Positions 38,791 through 52,158 of a stretch of 64,000 nucleotides of DNA are shown in pieces; the first letter of the stretch is position 1; each line of letters starts with the position of its first letter. Position numbers and translations under genes: made by a program. Source of the DNA: Adineta vaga (taxonomy: Eukaryota > Animalia > Rotifera). Below the pieces are notes generated by a model. It ran no database searches. It was not told the DNA's origin and was given only the letters and a program-made list of their open reading frames with translations. The stretch is taken from the NCBI GenBank assembly GCA_021613535.1, contig CP075492.1, positions 9,548,001 to 9,612,000 of the forward strand, given 5' to 3'.

Positions 38791-40669
38791 ATGAAGAAAT
38801 ATCATCAGATAAAGAAGGACAGTATTCAATCATCAATTAAACATGAGAAGAAAATCTATTCAAGTACTGATCGTGTGATGAGTAATGTACCATATCCACC
38901 AGCTCATTTATTAACTGTCAAGGAAATCTTTGGTACAAGTGGTAGGTAGCAAATCAAAACGATATGAAGTAGTAAATGTTTTAATTCAAGATAAACCAAA
39001 TCTTCCTTTACTTTTGCAACATTTGGAAAGTGAAGGTCGCCTACAACTGGATGCAGCGTTGACAATTATGATTCGAGGTCGAGAATTAACAGCACGAGAA
39101 CCAAATATGCTTGAAATTAGTACACCAGTGACAATTGTAGGAGATATACATGGTCAATTTTTTGATATGGTATAGATTTTATAAACATTATTGCGTATAA
39201 TGGATTCTTTATTTCAGTTAAAAATGTTTGAAAAAGGTGGTGATGTTGCTTCCAATCAGTGAGTAGAAGAATTTGAATAATGATATCTACATCTCATTCG
39301 ATATTTTAGATATCTGTTTCTCGGTGATTATGTCGATCGTGGTCAATTTTCTGTTGAAGTTGTTCTTTATTTATGGGCAATTAAAATAGCTTATCCAGAT
39401 ACATTCTTTCTTCTTCGTGGCAATCATGAATGTACGATTGATTGATAATAGTTCTACAAACTAGATCAAGTTTCTTTTACTTTTAGGTCGTAATTTGACT
39501 GTTTATTTTACGTATGTTTACTAGACTAACATATAATCATTGTTTACATAATCGCATGATTTTTTTATGCTAGTTTCAAAGATGAATGTCTTCTTAAACT
39601 TGGTGATGTTTTCTATGAAGAATGTATGAAATCATTTGATTGTTTACCAATCTCCGCATTAGTTCAAAGTCAATTATTTTGTTTACATGGATGTATCTCA
39701 CCTGAAATACGTCATATTCGGGAAATAACAGATCTGAGTCGTGCAACGGAGCCACCAACAAAAGGTATTACTACTTTATAGAATTAAAAAAAAAGTATAC
39801 GATCGATACTGCCAAAAGGACCTCTTTGTGATATTCTCTGGGCTGATCCGACTGATGGTTATGATAATGAAAAACTTGAACAAAGGCATGAAATGTATGT
39901 ACATAATGGACCGCGTGGTTGTTCATATAATGTTTCTTATAAAGCAATTTGTAAATTTCTTGATGATAATGATCTTCTCTGCGTTATTCGAGCTCATCAA
40001 GTTCAATCAGCTGGCTGTAAAATGTATAAGAAACATGAGAAAACATTATTTCCAACATTAGTAACAATTTTTTCCGCACCGAATTATTGTAAAGAGTTAA
40101 CAATTGACGTTTTTTTACATTCTTATAAGTCGACATTTTTAGGTGAAGTTTATAAGAATCGTGGTGCAATTTTACGATATGACGGTTCAGTTATGCATGT
40201 CTTTCAATACAAGTAGAATTGTATTTTGACTATTTTCTTATCTTAATCGAGTTTCTAGGTGGGTGAAACACCCTTATGTTCTTCCAAATTTTCTTGATGC
40301 ATTTCGATGGAGTATACCATTCGTATTGGAGAAAGTAACTGATATGTTATTAGCAGTATTAAAGTATTGTTCAGATGAAAATGATAATCGATTATCAAGA
40401 CGTACTCAAATTATTGAAAAAGTTAGTCTATCTCTTACGAATCAATCAGTTTTATTCGCATTCTCTTTATTAATTAGATTGTTCATTATTATGCATCATT
40501 ATCGGATGAAGCAGAACAATCCTTAGTATTGGGAAACATTTTACCACCGAATAATATTCGTTCGGCTGATTCTCGTCTTGTTAATAAAGGACAAATTGAT
40601 TTTCAAATCGCACAAAAAATCGATTATGCCAATGAACATTTACCATACAATCAATATCGTCGAAAATAA
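38791..40669 (+). CDS. Calcineurin A (PP2B catalytic subunit), divergent paralog
   Basis: [57 protein letters not shown], CnB-binding helix [21 protein letters not shown]-like [15 protein letters not shown]. Confidence 0.9.
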
Positions 40670-40686
40670 TGTTCGAACTAATTTCT

Positions 40687-42401
40687 CTAAGTATTTACAC
40701 GAGTTCGTTTTGTTGATAATGAAAAAAGTGTTTGTTGTTCGTGATATCGTGCTTGTAAGCGATTAAAAAGAGAAAGAAATTCTTCATTAGGTAAAGTTTT
40801 GGATGTTAATTCATCAGTTGAAATGTTCGTGGAGGTAGTGATTCCGGCTGCTGCTGATACTGGACGAATCATCAGTGATCGAACGGGTAAAAGTACAGCT
40901 CGTTGGTCATCCAAACGAGAATCCTATATTGATTTCGAAAAAGAAAATTAAATAGATTGGTCTATGAACTACGTTTTACTTGACATCTTGAAAGTTGATC
41001 AAAGAATTTTTCATTTATTGATGCATGATGACGATTGACAGATCGAGGAAAAGTTGTTCGTTGATCATCCAGACGAAATTTTTGTAAACGATCAATTGTA
41101 TTCAAAATATCATCAAGTTGTGTATTAGTAGTTCCTAAAAGAAAATAACAACAATCTTTCATCATTTTTTCTTCTTATTCGAACGAAAGTCACACACGTC
41201 GTTCAGATAAATCATTTTTATCGATCATCGAAATTTTCATTTCACATCGTTGATCATCTAAACGTGTTTTTTGCATACGATGAACGAGTTCATCTAATTC
41301 TGTAGAATCAGCCGTTGAAGACTAAACGAATGTATCATCAACGTTTAATTTCATTTGAATTTAGTGTCTTACTTGTTTTCGTAATAATGTTCTCATTGGT
41401 TTTTTTGTTAACATTGGTGTAAAACTTGATTTTGAGGTTTTAGTTATATCAATTAAACCAGTGGGAAGAGCTGAACGTGAACGAATTGAATGTGAATTAT
41501 GTGATTCAGGAAGTGTCACACTAATAGATTCAGCACGAAGATTCTAAAAGTACGAGAAATTTCATTTATATGTCATCGAACGAAAAATCAAAATCGAACT
41601 TTATTTAACTTATTCTTTGCTAATGATTGAATTTCATCAGTTTTTATGACTCGTTTCAAAGATGTATATAGATTATAAAACTTTTTTCCTTTATCATATT
41701 GATTAATTTTATCATTTAATTGACTTAAAAGTAAATAGGCTTGACATTGTCCTTTTGAATCTTGAAATTGTTGTGCGAAATTTAAATGTTTTTCATGAAA
41801 ATAGATCGCCGATTTATAATCATGTTTGATATGATAAATACAACCAATTATAAAATAGATTTGTGCAAGAAATAGATCATCTTTATTCAATTCACCTGCT
41901 TCTCTAAATGAGTTAGAATACATTGTTATCTTTGTCCAGAATGGAAAGATTTACCGATAATGGTAGAGAGCTTTATCAAAATCTTCCAATTTCAAATAAG
42001 CATTACCAAGATTAGCATGTGCCTGTCGTTGACCAATTCGATCTTGACATTCTTTAGCAGTGTTTAAATTCTAGAATGAAATTTATCATTTTCATCATTG
42101 GAGAAAGAAATTCAGTAGTGATTTACCTTTTTGAAATATTCGATTAATACAGAATTGTTTGCAATTTGACTTTCTGCCATTACTTGATAGAATATAATAT
42201 TTTGTATCAATTTTCTAACTAAAGAGAAGAAAAACTCGAAGAAGCGTAAGTAAGAAATTTTGAGATCATGCTTAGACAAGCATCTCAATATTATTTTCCT
42301 CTATGATTGCGTGAGATGCTGTGATGTTGATAGAGAAAAAAATCAAGTCTCATTTCTTCTTTCTTCTTCTTTTTTTTGTGCCTTATCTATCTACCTGACA
42401 T
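40687..42401 (-). CDS. GPSM/Pins/LGN-like protein: ~3 TPRs + 4 GoLoco motifs
   Basis: TPR QRQAHANLGNAY; GoLoco LVHRMQKTRLDDQR, IDRLQKFRLDDQR, FFDQLSRCQDSRLDDQR, degenerate FLSLFNRLQARYHEQQ. ATG at 42401 (in a micro-exon) or at 42180. Confidence 0.85.
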
Positions 42402-43853
42402 GTATACTAAAAGAGATATATATCGTAGAAGTTTACCTCGATGATGACTCAATTAAATTGATATGGAATTATCTAGAAAATTAATGTTGAAAAATCCTGC
42501 TTGTTATTTTTTTTTTCTCTTCTCAATAACAAAAGCTTATTTTGCCGTTCAGATTAATTAGCTGACAGGAAAACCCTAAGTGTATCTCATGAGAAAGAAA
42601 ATAGGGAAAAAGACAAATTTTTTCTTCCTTATCAATTCAACCAACAATTTGATCGTATTCATTAAGAGAGAAGAAAAAACTAGATGTTTATAACTGAAAT
42701 ATCAGATTATTTTTCTCGATGAAATACTAATTACAATTTCTAACGTATTCTCTCTCGATCGACATCGACAGAGAAAAGTCCAATTGAATAAATTATGGTA
42801 ATTTTCCATGGATTGTTTGACTTTCTTTTTCTCTCACTTGTTTCGAAGAAGAGAAAAATAACTTTCTCGACGATTTTCTACGAAAATAAATAGAGAACGA
42901 TAAATGGCTATTAATTACTCTATTGAAAAATCATATGCTTTTTGACGACAATTTAATTTCAATTCTCATACACGAAAAATGATTATGTAAATCTCTCTCT
43001 CTCGACTAGAATTAATCCAAGAATTTCCTTGTCTTTTCATATCGGCAAACTCAAGTAATAAAACGATAAGATTTTATCTTTTAATCAAGAAATCCCGCAA
43101 ATGATTTTGAGAAAACAGCTTCTGAAACATCGTGACATATGTGTAATATGAAATGTATCTGAAGGAAAAAAAAGCAGTATAAGTTCTTATCTAACTCCGA
43201 TTGAATCTATGCGTGAATAAACAAGAAACAAAGCGGATTAGTTTTCTTATCCCGAACATAGATAATTAGCGAAAAGAAGCTGGATTTTACGTTTTTTCTT
43301 TCTCCTTCTTTGAATTGAATAAACGATCGATTGAAATGATTTCAGACTAAAAAGACTTGTCGAAATAACTCTCTTTTTCTTTTCTTCTTTATCAGATAAA
43401 GTTGTTTGCCTTATGGCATTACTTCCGATGTGATAGATGGAAATATTTTTCGCATGATAAATTTTAGACTATCATGTCATGTCAATTAGAAAAGCCGCAA
43501 TTCTTTGATTTAGGATTACTATGAATAAATCGAATTTAGTTTTTATTTTTATACAAAATGACAGGAATTTTTTGAATGACAAGTTCGTAAATCGTGTCAA
43601 ATTTCCACGGAAATGAACTATGAATGATATTTCTTTTCAAATATAAAACATCTACGCAGAAATAGATCGCATTGATTGTCGTATGATTGAATATTGAAAT
43701 GAATACATAAGTTATGTTTTATATATAGATTTATACAAGGACTATTTATTTATTTTCTTGGATACGATTAATTTGTACATGCTCATTCGGAGCAAAAGTC
43801 ACATAAAACAAAGAAAACGTAATGGTTATTGAAGATAATGATTCATAATTGAA

Positions 43854-46800
43854 CTAATATTCTTTTATTGAATGCATCAATTTCGATGGTGATCGCGGAA
43901 AATTACATTCACTTGTAAATGAATCCTATTCACATAAAGAAAATAAATAGATATATGTTTGATTAAATTTCAAATTCTTGTTTTAAGTTACTTGTCGAGA
44001 TGGAACACTTAGTCGTTTCATTGTATTGAAATTTTCATTGTCTTTTTCACCGAGATGTAACAATGAACTATTGGATGTTAACATTTTTTTTAAACGGTTT
44101 TTCGATGAAATAGGACTGAATGAAAATGTTCGACTAAGTCGACTTTTTGCTCGGCATAAACCACTAAAGAAAAGAACGATTTCAAATATTTTCATCACTT
44201 CTCTCATCCAAATTCAAACCTTCTCAAAACACTTCCAACGGAATTCAATCCACTACTTGTTGTTGCACTTATAGTCGAATGAGTTGATAATGTATCACTA
44301 TCAGGCATATAATCTATGGATGATATTGGTGCTAATGGTCGATTTTCTGATACAACATTTTCAAGTAATGATGTCTAAAAATCAAATGAAATAACATAAT
44401 TGAATTATTAATTTGACGTTCTTTTTTCGTCTTCTATACTTTATCAAGTAAACATCGTTCTTCAGCAATTGCCTTTGCTAAATGTTGTAAAACTTCTGTT
44501 TTATTTGTTTGATTTAAACTTGATATAGCTGATAATGATGTAACTGATTCAGTAAAATGTGATCGTGACATTGACATATTCGTATTATCAGCTACACGAA
44601 AGATTAATTGACGTGCTTGTCCATCAATTGAACATAGCATACCAAATTGTTCGTATTCTATAATTTTTGAAAAAAAAATAATTTCAGTACATTCGAAACA
44701 TCGATTCATTTGTCTTACCATCATTTGATGATGGAATATCAAATAAACTGTGTACATCACTAAGTTGAATCAATGCCACATGTTTATATGATTTAACAAA
44801 CGATGTTTTCCACGTATTTACACGTAATTTTGTTATCTAATTAGAAAGAGATTATTGTAAATATTCAAAATAAAGTTCTTATGAACATACTTCAATACAA
44901 TCGGAAAAAAGAAAAAGTGTTAAATGTGTTCGTTTTCCTGTTAATTCTTGTGAAAGTTCCGTAAGATTGAATTTTTGTAAATAATCACGATGTGCTGCAA
45001 GTAGTTCAGGCTAAATCAACATAGAGAATGAAATCTTGTTTGAATGATACGAATATTTCTTACTGGACAATTTTCAATACTATTAACAATACTAAATAAT
45101 GAGAGATGTTTTTCCGTTTTTCCTCGTTCTTCATTAAGTTTTTTCGTAACATCACGTAATTTATCAATAGTATCGATTAATTGTTGATAATCTGAATGTG
45201 TATCAGATGTGTATTTAAGTAAACGTTCTAAAAGCAATAAAACACTTGGTAAACGTTGAATAGGTCGAATCATAAGATCAACTAAATGTTGTTTGCCTAA
45301 TTCAGATTTATGTTCACAAATCTATTCAAATAGAAAATTACACTTATTAATAGAAATAAAATACTCGAAATTACTTTTAGATAAGCATAAAATCGTGAAT
45401 TATTCTTTTCAAGAAAATGAATAGCTTGAATAGTTTTATCGTAGAATTTTGTATATGGTTGATAAACACGTAGAAGTTCCTTAGTCTAGAAAAGAAGGAT
45501 GATAATAATAATAAAAGAAGATAAAATTTAGATTAATCTTACATTATTTAAGAAAACTGAACCAATACAACTCTCTTCATTAATTGCTTTATCAATTTTT
45601 TCAACAATTTTCGTATGTAAATGATAGATTTCTTCAATATTTCCAAAGATTTGTGTACTTTCAACTTTCGTTAAAATAGGACCGTTTCGACGATCATCAT
45701 TTTCCATTTCAGTTTTAAAAATCTAATCGAAATGAAGTAATATGTTTAGAAAATCAGTTCATCAAATGAATTTTACTCGTATAATATTTCCTAACATTGT
45801 TACATAATTTCGTTCTGTATCACGAATTTCCATTGCAATCAAATATCTATTATCTTTTTTAATATTGACAACTTTGATTTGAATATCTTCATCGAGGCCA
45901 TCTTCATTTTCATTACTATTATTAAAACGTTTTGAATTAGGTGAAAGTATCGTTTCATTATTCGAATCAGAATCTTTTCGTCGTTTACGTTTAACCGATG
46001 TTGTTTGAAGATAATTTGAATCGTTTAATGATGTTGATAATGCTGTTCGAGGAGACTCAGACGTCATCAATTCATTCATACCAGGAATTTTCATTGCATA
46101 ACTTAATTCATCTGCTTTGCCCATCAAACATAGACATTCCCAAAACCACTGGAATTCAAATTTGAGAATAGAAAATTCGAAAGCAAAATTTTACCTGAAC
46201 ATTAACAATATGTTGACGATGTTTTCGTTTGTATGATGGATAAGATGCAAGAAATGTTGAAACATCCATTCCATTACAAAATATAATATGAGTAGCATCA
46301 GAGATTTCCTTAGTTGTATATCCACCTAAATAGATAAAAGATATATGATTTAAATCAACTTCATTTTCCATATAAAAAAACGTGTAATCTCATTCATACC
46401 ATTATCAAGTGTTAGTGTCTGAAGATGATGTTGTTCTGTATCATCATTCGTTCCATAAAAGAATAAACAAAGATTATGTAATGGTTTGGCTCGATATTTT
46501 CGAATGAAATCTGTATCGAATGCATTGAAAGATCGATTGTTTCTCTCTTTCCAACATTGAACTAGCCAATCTTCTGTTAAAATTTCACTTCTTTCCATAT
46601 TAAATGCCGTCTACAATCACAGAAAAAAAGAATTTCATTCATTCGATTTAATTTCCGAATAGAAAAAAAAAAAAAACTTCATACCAAATATTTTTCACCG
46701 AGATTTGCAAAGGAAATAACATGTGTGACTTGTTCACTATAATCTTTTCGAACTGATCCACCGAGATAATGAACAATGTCACTAAATTTTGCCTGAATCA

Positions 46801-47368
46801 AAACAAATGACAACAACAAACGTTATTTCAAGAAGAATATAAAGATCAATTGATTTTTACATGAATTTCACGTCGAGCACTACCAACAAAACAAATAACG
46901 GCGGATTCCAATTGTTGAGAATATAATGGTCGATTTTTTCTTGGTACAGGAATATCCTGAAGCAGAAGAAGAAAAAAAGCATCTCTCTTCTGTAAACTAT
47001 CAAATGAATACATACAATTTTCTTTTCAGCACAAATTAAAACAAGTTCGGAACTGATGGTATAAATATTATCATTGTCTCTCAAATTATGAAATGTTTCT
47101 TCATCAAATGAATCAACAATATAGATTTTCAATTGACGTTTTGATAAGCAATCTTTTGTTTCGGCTAATATTTTATTCACTTCATTCTCATTGTTAATAC
47201 ATTCGAATACATATCGATCATCAAGTGCGGTAAGAAGTCGCGAATTGGAACAAGCCGTACCAAGTACACAAAATGTAATACCTTAAAATGATTTTGTTCG
47301 AAAAAATATCAATCGAATAGATATTACTTACTCCAATCATCCGTTGAATTTTGTTGAGTATCCTCCAT
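43854..47368 (-). CDS. ECT2: ECT2/Pebble RhoGEF (BRCT-DH-PH)
   Basis: IVHYLGGSVRKDYSEQVTHVI, WLVQCW, WFWECLC..GKADE, EIRDTERNYV, IFGNIEEI, LMIRPIQRLPSVLLLL, IENCPPELLAAHR, LTLFLFSDCIE. Confidence 0.9.
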
Positions 47369-47777
47369 GTCAAATGATATTCAATACACACACATACAGA
47401 GACAATACATACAACGGAGTATTATTCCCGCTTCTCCTTGAACACAAAGAAGATTAATATCAGCCAATAGGAAATTATTCTATGAAAAATAAGAATTTAA
47501 TATCATTTTTTTGATTAGCCGTTCAAACTATCCAATTGAATTAGCTCAATGTGCGTGACTGACTTTGTTCAAATGAATTTGATAATTATTTTATTTTCTT
47601 CTGAAGTCGGAGACCTGCTATTCCCACGGACGATTTCATATGTAAATATGATTATTTTAGCAATAGACTTCGAAATAAGGAGTATTTTTAGAAATATTCT
47701 ACATCTAATTAAAAAAATCTCGGAAATGGAAAGTCTGCTAATGCATTTTTTATTTTAGAAGCAAAACATTTTTCTTG

Positions 47778-50110
47778 ATGTCACACCAACTTTGTCAGAA
47801 TTGTGGTTCATATCAATTTGAACATATTGATGGTCGTCTTTATTGTGTAATATGTCAATCACAAAATATTGCTGTACAAATTCATGTCTCATTTGCAAAT
47901 GAAGGTAATGCTCAACTAGGCCGTCGTGTTCGTGATCCAACATTAGATACATCAGTACTTGATGAAAAAATCCCAAAAATTGAAATCGTCCAAGCAAATG
48001 AAACAATTTTACACTCAACTAATCAAACAGATGAAGCAATTTCACGTTTGAATGAATTATCAGTTGATGATAATGAACAATTATTATTAGAACAACATAT
48101 TTGGAGTACCTATGAAGTTTATAGTTATATATTAAATATTCAAATTCAATCGATTATTCAGTTAAATCATTTCAAAGAAGATAAACATAAAGAATTTCTT
48201 GAATGTACCTTTATGCTTTATCTAAGATATTTATCATCGAATGGAATTCTTGAAACAAATCAACAAAGATTATTACTAAAACAAGAAGAAAGAAGATTAA
48301 AAACGAATAGTCTCGCAAAATTTATTTATTCAGATCGATATAATCAACTCGCTCAAACTCGTTCACATGTAGTGAAGAAAAATTTATGTGCAATCAATTT
48401 AGATATTCTAATTGGTTTAATTCATTGGTAAGAATAAGAAGAAGTCTATCATCATATATGTACTATTATTTTTTTACTTGAATAGTGCATCAACATTAAT
48501 TAATTGTCCCATAACAATCAAACAATTATTTGAATGGATCAATACGAATAAACTTCCATATTATAATATCAAAACTTATCTACCAAAATGGATGCAAGCA
48601 ACAGGACGTGATCGATTTAATTTGGAAAAAGCAAATATTCATTCGGGAAATTTTATGTTTTATTATGAGATTTTTATTCAACCCGTCGTAAAACCTTACA
48701 TATCTCAATGTATATTTCAATCATCAACGTATTTCTATGAAATTCTTCTTCATTTTTGTGATATCTATTGTCAACAAGTTTACTTTCCATTTGATGATGA
48801 TACTCGAACATTCTTTCAATCAATGTGTACGGTAATAATTCGTACGAAATCAACTGGTCGACGTTTTCTTTGTACATCATTAGATTTTGAATTGAGTGCA
48901 ATATCAATGATTATAATTCTGATTTTACTTCGATCAATCAATGATCACTTACTCGATGAATTCATTCAAAATTTATCTAAAAATCAATTATTTTCCTATT
49001 CATTATGGTTACAGAATTTGAATCAATTGATTTATTTTGAATCAATACAATATTATCAATTCTCTGGACGAACATCAGTTCTTGTTGATTCAATTACAGA
49101 TAATCATTCCAAGATCAGATATATGAAAAGTTTATCAAAAGTTTTCACACGAAATGTACAAATAACAAATGAAAAAACGACCGAAGAAATCAATGAAAAA
49201 GCGGAACATATTCGACAGATTCTAATTGAAAATGCCAAAACAGGTTCATTAGTTTATGCAATGAAAACAAAAGAATTCTTTGTGAAACATTATCCACATT
49301 TATCAATTCGTAAGTCTTAGAAAACGTGCACGCAAAGTTAGGATGATCTAAAATATGAATTGATTCAATGCGAGTCAATTATTTATTTAGAACGACGACA
49401 TTTCTAAAGCTATTCAATATAGTTGCGTCGTTATTCTATTGAAAACGTTCTTTCTTAAGATATCCTTCCGAAATAGTTATTATTGGAGACCTTTCACTAT
49501 TTGTTCAAGTTCTCGGAAATATCATCATTGGAAATTAACAGAATGAGTTCTCTCATTAAGTCGCTCATTCAGATCTGCAAATAGATAAATAATGTATTAA
49601 AACGTCTAAAATATCTAGAAAGAATTCTCATGTATTTCTAATCATTTATTTTATTTAGATTCTCTTTCATTGTTCTTTGAAACAATCATTAATACATCAT
49701 CACCATCACATTTCTCACTTGTCGATAGAAGTGAATTATATGAAACACTTGTATCACTATTTAATGGTGCAACTATAACTCAAATTGAACAGTTTTATGT
49801 ACTTCATCAACGTTTTGATATTGCTTCGTCATCAAATTTTCATTTGAACTATCTCATTATGACATTAACAAAATTTTCTTCGATTGCATACAATCAAGAA
49901 TTCTTTTCATTTTTCTCCATCTTTTTGAAAACATTCTGTTTTCAGGAACAAAATCTTCATCATTATTTCTATCGATCAACATTATCAAAACGTTTCAATA
50001 GAAAATATCTTTCCGAACAAATCGGAATGAAACAATATGGTATTGATCAAATACCTATTATCTATGACATTAAATTCGAACAAGAACAATCTATTATAAA
50101 AGAAAAATAA
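47778..50110 (+). CDS. TAF1B: TAF1B/Rrn7-like RNA polymerase I SL1 subunit
   Basis: N-terminal zinc ribbon CQNCGSYQFEHIDGRLYCVICQSQ; WSTYEVYSYILNIQ; ITIKQLFEWINTNKLPY; 3 exons. Confidence 0.7.
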
Positions 50111-50486
50111 ATAAGTAATTGTTTATCTATTATTTTTTTTTCGTCGATGAAAAGAAGAAGTTGTCTGCTGATCTAAGAATTACATCTATCTATTACTATT
50201 ATAGATTGACATACAAATATGTCAACATTTTGATAAGAAATCGGCGTAGAATCACTTGATCTGCCATATGACCTAAACGCCCCCTTTTTCATCTCTTGTT
50301 TCGATAGATTAAATGTTCTCTCTGGAAAAACTAGCCCTCTCGCTTTATATTGCTATTTCTCTGTTCTTACTGAATTTCTTAATGATGTATAGAGTTGGTT
50401 GTCGATAGGGCCTCGCTGCGTGATGTTTTTTCTTTTCCCTTCTTTTACTGCTTGAGGGTTGTTATAAGCCGTCGAGAGACATCACA

Positions 50487-51113
50487 ATGCTTACACATTC
50501 ATGTAAGGAAACGAACGAGTAACATACTGTGTTTGCATGTCGCATCTATAGCGACCCTCAGACAAAAACAACGTCATCTCGACTAACTAAAATCATTCTG
50601 TTTCTCATCGATGCAATATCTTCGTCATTGTTTTTTTGCGTTGAGAAACTTCTATCTTTTGCAATTCAATTATTGTAAAAAGTTAGCGTTTCTCTTTTCT
50701 CTTTAAGTCATATTATACTTCATCACGTCGCATATTAATTGATCACATCAAAATCGTATCGGTATTTTCTCGATTTCTTTTTCAGTCTGTCTGTCTCTCT
50801 TTTTTCTAGCGTACGTTAATGCATTCGATTTGAGCCCTATGCGACAAGGTTTTTCTTCTTGATTGAATGGAAAATTGTTATTTATTCTAGATTATATTCA
50901 TCAAAAACTATCTTCTTAGTTAGCAACGACGAAAAATTTTGTTACTATTCGATGACTACGACTGTTGTTCGTGAAACTACACCAAAACAAACGGTAAAGA
51001 ATTCTTTCGAAGAAGTTTATTTTCGAATTCAATAATATTTCTTTTTTCATCAATAGAGTGAAAACGTGCACAACTGCACGGTCTCGGGTGAATATTGCCG
51101 AGCGCAACATTGA
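50487..51113 (+). promoter_or_regulatory. Spliced upstream ORFs in the PRL 5' leader
   Basis: uORF1 50487-50502/50810-50848/50891-50919 = MLTHSSYVNAFDLSPMRQDYIHQKLSS*; uORF2 50952-50993/51057-51113 = MTTTVVRETTPKQTSENVHNCTVSGEYCRAQH*; GT-AG introns. Confidence 0.5.
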
Positions 51114-51255
51114 CTAGTGCACTATTGGAAAGAATCGAATTATTTTCAAGATTATTCATATCGATATTGTTCAAATAAATTTGATTGGTGTCTTATATCA
51201 ACTAAAATAAGAGATTAAAGCAAACATTCAATCTCCTTTTTTATCTTTACAAAAA

Positions 51256-51938
51256 ATGCCTTTGATACAAGATTTCACTCATTCATCTGTATCAGAACTT
51301 CATTATAAAGATCTTCGTTTTCTCATTACTGATAGTCCCGATGATGAAAATGTTCAATCATTTACTGAAGTAGAATTTCTTCAATTTCAAATTTGATATT
51401 TTTGTTCAATAAGAAATCTTTTCTTTCTTAGGTTTGTTTGAAATATGGAGTAACAGCTTTAGTTCGAGTATCAGAAAAAACTTATGATACAAAACCATTG
51501 GAAGCTGCTGGAATTAAAATTTATGTAAGTGTTTTGTTTTGATATAATAATATTGATTAGAAATTCTATGACCTTCAAGAATTTGGAATATCCTGATGGA
51601 AGTGCACCTGATTCACTTGTTCGTGAAAAATGGTTAAATATTGTTAAAGAAAATAAGAATGGTTGTATTGCTGTGCATTGTATTCATGGTCTTGGACGGT
51701 TAGTTTGTTTTGATCAAGGTTTTCTTTTATTCTGATTTTTGATGATGATGATGATGATAGATCACCTGTGCTCGTTGCAATGGCCTTGCGTGAAGCTGGA
51801 ATGAATCGACAAGAATCAATTGATTTTGTTCGTGCGCGTCGTCGTGGTTCATTTAATATTCGACAACTTGAATTTCTTCAAAATTATCATTCAGGTCATC
51901 GTCTTACCGATAAACATGTCGGTTGTGTTATTATGTAA
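51256..51938 (+). CDS. PRL (PTP4A) prenylated protein tyrosine phosphatase, atypical
   Basis: LRFLITDSP, KYGVTALVRV, YPDG, CIAVHCIHGLGRSPVLVA, VRARRRGSFN.RQL, CAAX box CVIM*; 4 exons. Confidence 0.9.
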
Positions 51939-52158
51939 TCATATTTTTTTATTCTCACGTTTTTCTTTACTTTATTCGAGCCTGTTTGTTTCTTTATCTT
52001 CACTTATTTCAATCACGAGTTTTGTTGGGAAAACCTTCATCAACTAATTATTTGCCATTAGTTATATTTTTTCTTTGTTGCATTTTCTTTATGAATAAAT
52101 AATCTAATTACATAAGAAATATTTTTTTTAACCAACTGATAGATTAGTGTGAAATATA

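Noticed and set aside
42480-43460. Cluster of GATAA motifs (also near the GATA, cyclase and CUB genes) as a local GATA regulon
   Set aside because: GATAA is expected several times per kb at ~70% AT; the enrichment is modest and needs a background model
49391-49550. Extra TAF1B exon
   Set aside because: Gives an immediate stop in the required phase; direct splicing 49309 to 49659 keeps the frame
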